A DNA stretch of 64,000 nucleotides, taken from an uncultured Gammaproteobacteria bacterium (GTDB lineage: Bacteria > Pseudomonadota > Gammaproteobacteria > Granulosicoccales > Granulosicoccaceae). Where the stretch lies: assembly GCA_963833195.1 (NCBI GenBank), contig CAWHXF010000014.1, forward strand, positions 32,825-96,824. Direction: 5' to 3'. A program made the position numbers and the translations under genes. The notes beneath the pieces were generated by a model that was not told where the DNA came from, searched no databases, and saw nothing but the letters and a program-made list of their open reading frames with translations. Below, piece after piece: positions 61,320-64,000 of the stretch. Numbering within the stretch: position 1 is the stretch's first letter; every line of letters begins with the position of its first letter.

Positions 61320-61520
61320 GATCGAATATCGGGAGTCGGCACCGCGTCATCACGGCGATGCCTACCCTGCCGTCCGCTCGGAACGACGACTACGATCCGA
61401 ACCGATACGCACCGTCCCGCCTCGGAAACGGTGCGACCGAGGCCGAGCGGCGAACCCGTGCGACGGGTTGGCGAGCGTCGGTCGTGCACGTCGGGCCGCC
61501 GGTCGCCGTCTCGGTCCCCT

Positions 61521-61976
61521 TCACGTTGGCGCGAACAGCGCCTCGACGAGCTCGGCCAGCCGCGCCGGTCTCGACACGAACGCGTCGTACGCGCCGCTCG
61601 GGCGCAATCGGCGCTCCGGGAGAGTCACGTCGGCGCCGAGCGCCACGACGCGGCGGTCGGGAGCCCGCACCCGGGCGAGCAGGACGCGATCGGCCTCCGC
61701 AGACATCATGGCCGGGTCGACAACCACCAGCGCGGGGCGCAGATCGATCAGCATCGCCCTTGCCTCGGCCGCCGACGCGGCAACGTGCACCTCGAAGTCG
61801 GATCTGCCGATCAGACGAGCGAGTGCCGCGGCGCACGGAGCGTCGGACTCGATCACGAGCGCGGAGCGTCCGGGGCCCAGAACGCTGGCCACGCGAGCCC
61901 GGTCGATCGGTCCGGGGTAGACGGCCGGGCGTCCGCCCTCGACAGTGGCGAGCGCATCGCGAGCGGAGGCGTTCAC
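61521..61976 (-). CDS. Degenerate stand-alone receiver-domain protein
   Basis: ALVIESD..PALVVVD..FVSRP. Phospho-Asp retained, conserved Lys replaced by Arg. GTGA overlap. Confidence 0.55.
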   Translation of the reverse strand: MNASARDALATVEGGRPAVYPGPIDRARVASVLGPGRSALVIESDAPCAAALARLIGRSDFEVHVAASAAEARAMLIDLRPALVVVDPAMMSAEADRVLLARVRAPDRRVVALGADVTLPERRLRPSGAYDAFVSRPARLAELVEALFAPT

Positions 61977-62447
61977 GGTCTCGGCAGCACCGCCACCGGA
62001 CCGATGTCCACGAGCCGACACGCGTCGCTCAGGTCCATCGCGGACCCGACGCCTGCCTCGAGCGCGGACGCCTCCAGCAGCGCCCGGTTCTCGTCGACGA
62101 CGGTTCGCGCGTTGGCCACGGCCTCGTCTCGGTCCTGCCCATCGGCGACGATGAAGATTCCGTCGCGCAGCGAACCCACGTAGTCGAGCACGCACGACAC
62201 GACCATCGTCGGCGTGCCGCTGCAGGTTCCAGATCAACCGCGGCAGGGCGCGCTCCATGATCTCGACTCCGCCGGCCTCGCGGATCGCCGCGGGCGCCGT
62301 GCAATGCACGAGCGCGTTGCCACCGGCGATCTCGACGTCCCAGACGTCGTCCTCGGCGCCGACGGCGGTGCCGGAGATGGTGAGGGCGAGTAGTGGTGCC
62401 CACCTACTCGGACGCGTGGCACTGATGATGCGGGTTCGATGTCGCAC
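61973..62447 (-). CDS. Hypothetical secreted protein, one frameshift near 62200
   Basis: GGAG RBS, GTG start, signal peptide (AVG-A). Coding-like sequence continues in a second frame to TGA at 61973. Confidence 0.5.
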
Positions 62448-62527
62448 GTTCGTCTCTCCTGAAGTCAAATGGAAGGGCCGGTCCGTCGATGCGGTGGCGC
62501 GTTCTCGAGTTGCACCCTCGCGCCGCT

Positions 62528-63940
62528 TCACGCGGCCCGCGCCGCACTCGCAGCGTCGTCGGAAGCGCCGAAGGCCGACAGCCCCCGCGCCCCGAGTCCG
62601 ATCAGCTCCTCGGCGACGGTCGGGTGCACCGGAATGACCCGGTGCAGTTCCGTCTCGTCGAGCCCGGCGCCGAGCGCCATCGCGCCCAGCTGCGCGGCCT
62701 CCGCCGCGTGCGGCCCGAAGAAGTGCAGCCCGAGCAGCCGGCCGCGCCGGCGCTCGACGACGGCCTTCATGAACACCCGCTCCTCGCTGCCCGACACGAG
62801 CCCCGGAAGCGGACGGAAGTGCCGGCGGCGCACCTCCACCGGTTCGCCGCGCTCGCGCGCCTCGTCCTCGGTGAGCCCGACCGAGGCGCACTCGGGCGTC
62901 GAGAACGCCGCCGTCGGAGTGAACGCGCGCTCCCAGGCCACGGGCTCGTCGCCGAGCGCCGCGTCGATCGCGGTGCGCGCGCCGCGGATCGCGAGCGGGG
63001 TCAGCATCATGCGCTCGACGACGTCACCGACCGCGAGCACCGAGGCAACGCGCGTGCGGCCGCATTCGTCGGCGACGATCCGACCGCGCCGATCGAGCTC
63101 GACGCCCGCGGCCTCGAGCCCGAGTCCGGCCGTGTTCGGGCGCCGTCCGACGGCGAGCAGCACCGCATCGAACGCGCCGTCGGAACGCCCGGACTCGAGC
63201 TCGAGGCGTCGCTCGCCACCCGTCTCGTGAATGGCCGCAACGCGTGCGCCCAGGTGCACGCGCACGCCCTGCGCGCGCAGGGACTCGAGCAGCAGCGCGG
63301 CGGTCTCGGCGTCGAAGCCTTCGAGCAGCCGCTGACCGGACTGGAACAGAGTCACCTCCACGCCGAAGCGGACCATCATGCAGGCGAACTCCACGGCGAT
63401 GTAGCCACCGCCGACGATGGCGAGCCGATCGGGCAGCGAAGGCAGCGTGAACATGTCGTCCGAAGTCAGCGCGAGTCCCGCGCCGGGCATCGGTGGCACG
63501 ACGCTCCTTGCGCCGGTCGCGATGACGATGCGTTCGGCCTCGACCCGCTTGCCGCTCGCGAGCGCGACCGCAGTCGGGGAGTCGAGCCAAGCGCGCTCGG
63601 CGACCAGCTCGACACCGGCGCTCTCCAGGCTCTCGCGCTGACGCTCCGCGAGCGAGTCCACCTCGCGCGTCACCGCGTCGCGCAAAAGCGCCCAGTCGAA
63701 GGCCGGCGTGCCGAGATCCCAGCCGAACCCGGCGGATTCCTCCGCCGCGTCGGCCACGCGCGACGCGTGCACGAAGAGCTTCTTCGGCACGCAGCCGGCG
63801 TTCACGCACGTGCCGCCCACGCGGCGTTCCTCGAAGACGACGGTCGACAGCCCCGCGTCTCGCGCGCGCCGCGCGGCGGCCATGCCGCCGGAGCCCGCGC
63901 CGATGATCGCGAGATCGACGCGTCGGGTGCGGGCGCTCAT
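62528..63940 (-). CDS. gor: Glutathione-disulfide reductase
   Basis: IGAGSGG, GGTCVNAGCVPKK, GGGYIAVEFA, LTPLAI, VHPTVAEE. Confidence 0.88.
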   Translation of the reverse strand: MSARTRRVDLAIIGAGSGGMAAARRARDAGLSTVVFEERRVGGTCVNAGCVPKKLFVHASRVADAAEESAGFGWDLGTPAFDWALLRDAVTREVDSLAERQRESLESAGVELVAERAWLDSPTAVALASGKRVEAERIVIATGARSVVPPMPGAGLALTSDDMFTLPSLPDRLAIVGGGYIAVEFACMMVRFGVEVTLFQSGQRLLEGFDAETAALLLESLRAQGVRVHLGARVAAIHETGGERRLELESGRSDGAFDAVLLAVGRRPNTAGLGLEAAGVELDRRGRIVADECGRTRVASVLAVGDVVERMMLTPLAIRGARTAIDAALGDEPVAWERAFTPTAAFSTPECASVGLTEDEARERGEPVEVRRRHFRPLPGLVSGSEERVFMKAVVERRRGRLLGLHFFGPHAAEAAQLGAMALGAGLDETELHRVIPVHPTVAEELIGLGARGLSAFGASDDAASAARAA

Positions 63941-64000
63941 GCCGGCTCCGCGACGTCGGCGTCGCGGCGGCCGGTGCGCTCGTCCGCGGGATCACGACCG

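Noticed and set aside
3238-62447. Scattered frameshifts as programmed frameshifting or phase variation
   Set aside because: They occur in many unrelated genes, often at homopolymers, without slippery-site structure. Sequencing error is more parsimonious.
241-63995. Long Arg/Ala/Pro-rich ORFs in the track (for example 12417-16115, 59610-62183, 22835-24796)
   Set aside because: Shadow or alternate frames of real high-GC genes, with no recognisable motifs.

Overview
High-GC (about 70% by eye) accessory region, probably gammaproteobacterial (cti, OMPLA and cyoABCD are present). It is a mosaic of intact modules and decayed gene fragments. Left part: triheme cytochrome c, HdeD, a heavily frameshifted cyoABCD, CYP152 peroxygenase, a toxin-first AbiE-like pair with a perfect 24-bp operator, two paralogous acidic surface proteins, an RND pump, CsbD/BON, a 7alpha-HSDH-like SDR, and one intact plus one relic cti. 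Middle: an IS4-family element abutting a Tn3-family remnant (RES-toxin tail, Cre/TnpS-like tyrosine recombinase, 38-bp IR), then three LacI-controlled sugar loci. These include a GH151-like fucosidase with an Fe/2OG dioxygenase, and a lactonase / gulonate-3-dehydrogenase-like / beta-keto-acid-cleavage cluster. Right part: a nitrilase module, OMPLA, DoxX, a glutaredoxin-AhpD fusion and glutathione reductase. The most striking unexplained signal is a 22-34 bp intergenic element (GGAACGCATCGRTCCGTCCGCG) present four times in the same orientation. Each copy closes a variable hairpin, and two identical 34-bp copies bracket the TA module. Many single-base frameshifts are probably long-read assembly errors. 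All calls come from motif recognition by eye; no database searches were run.
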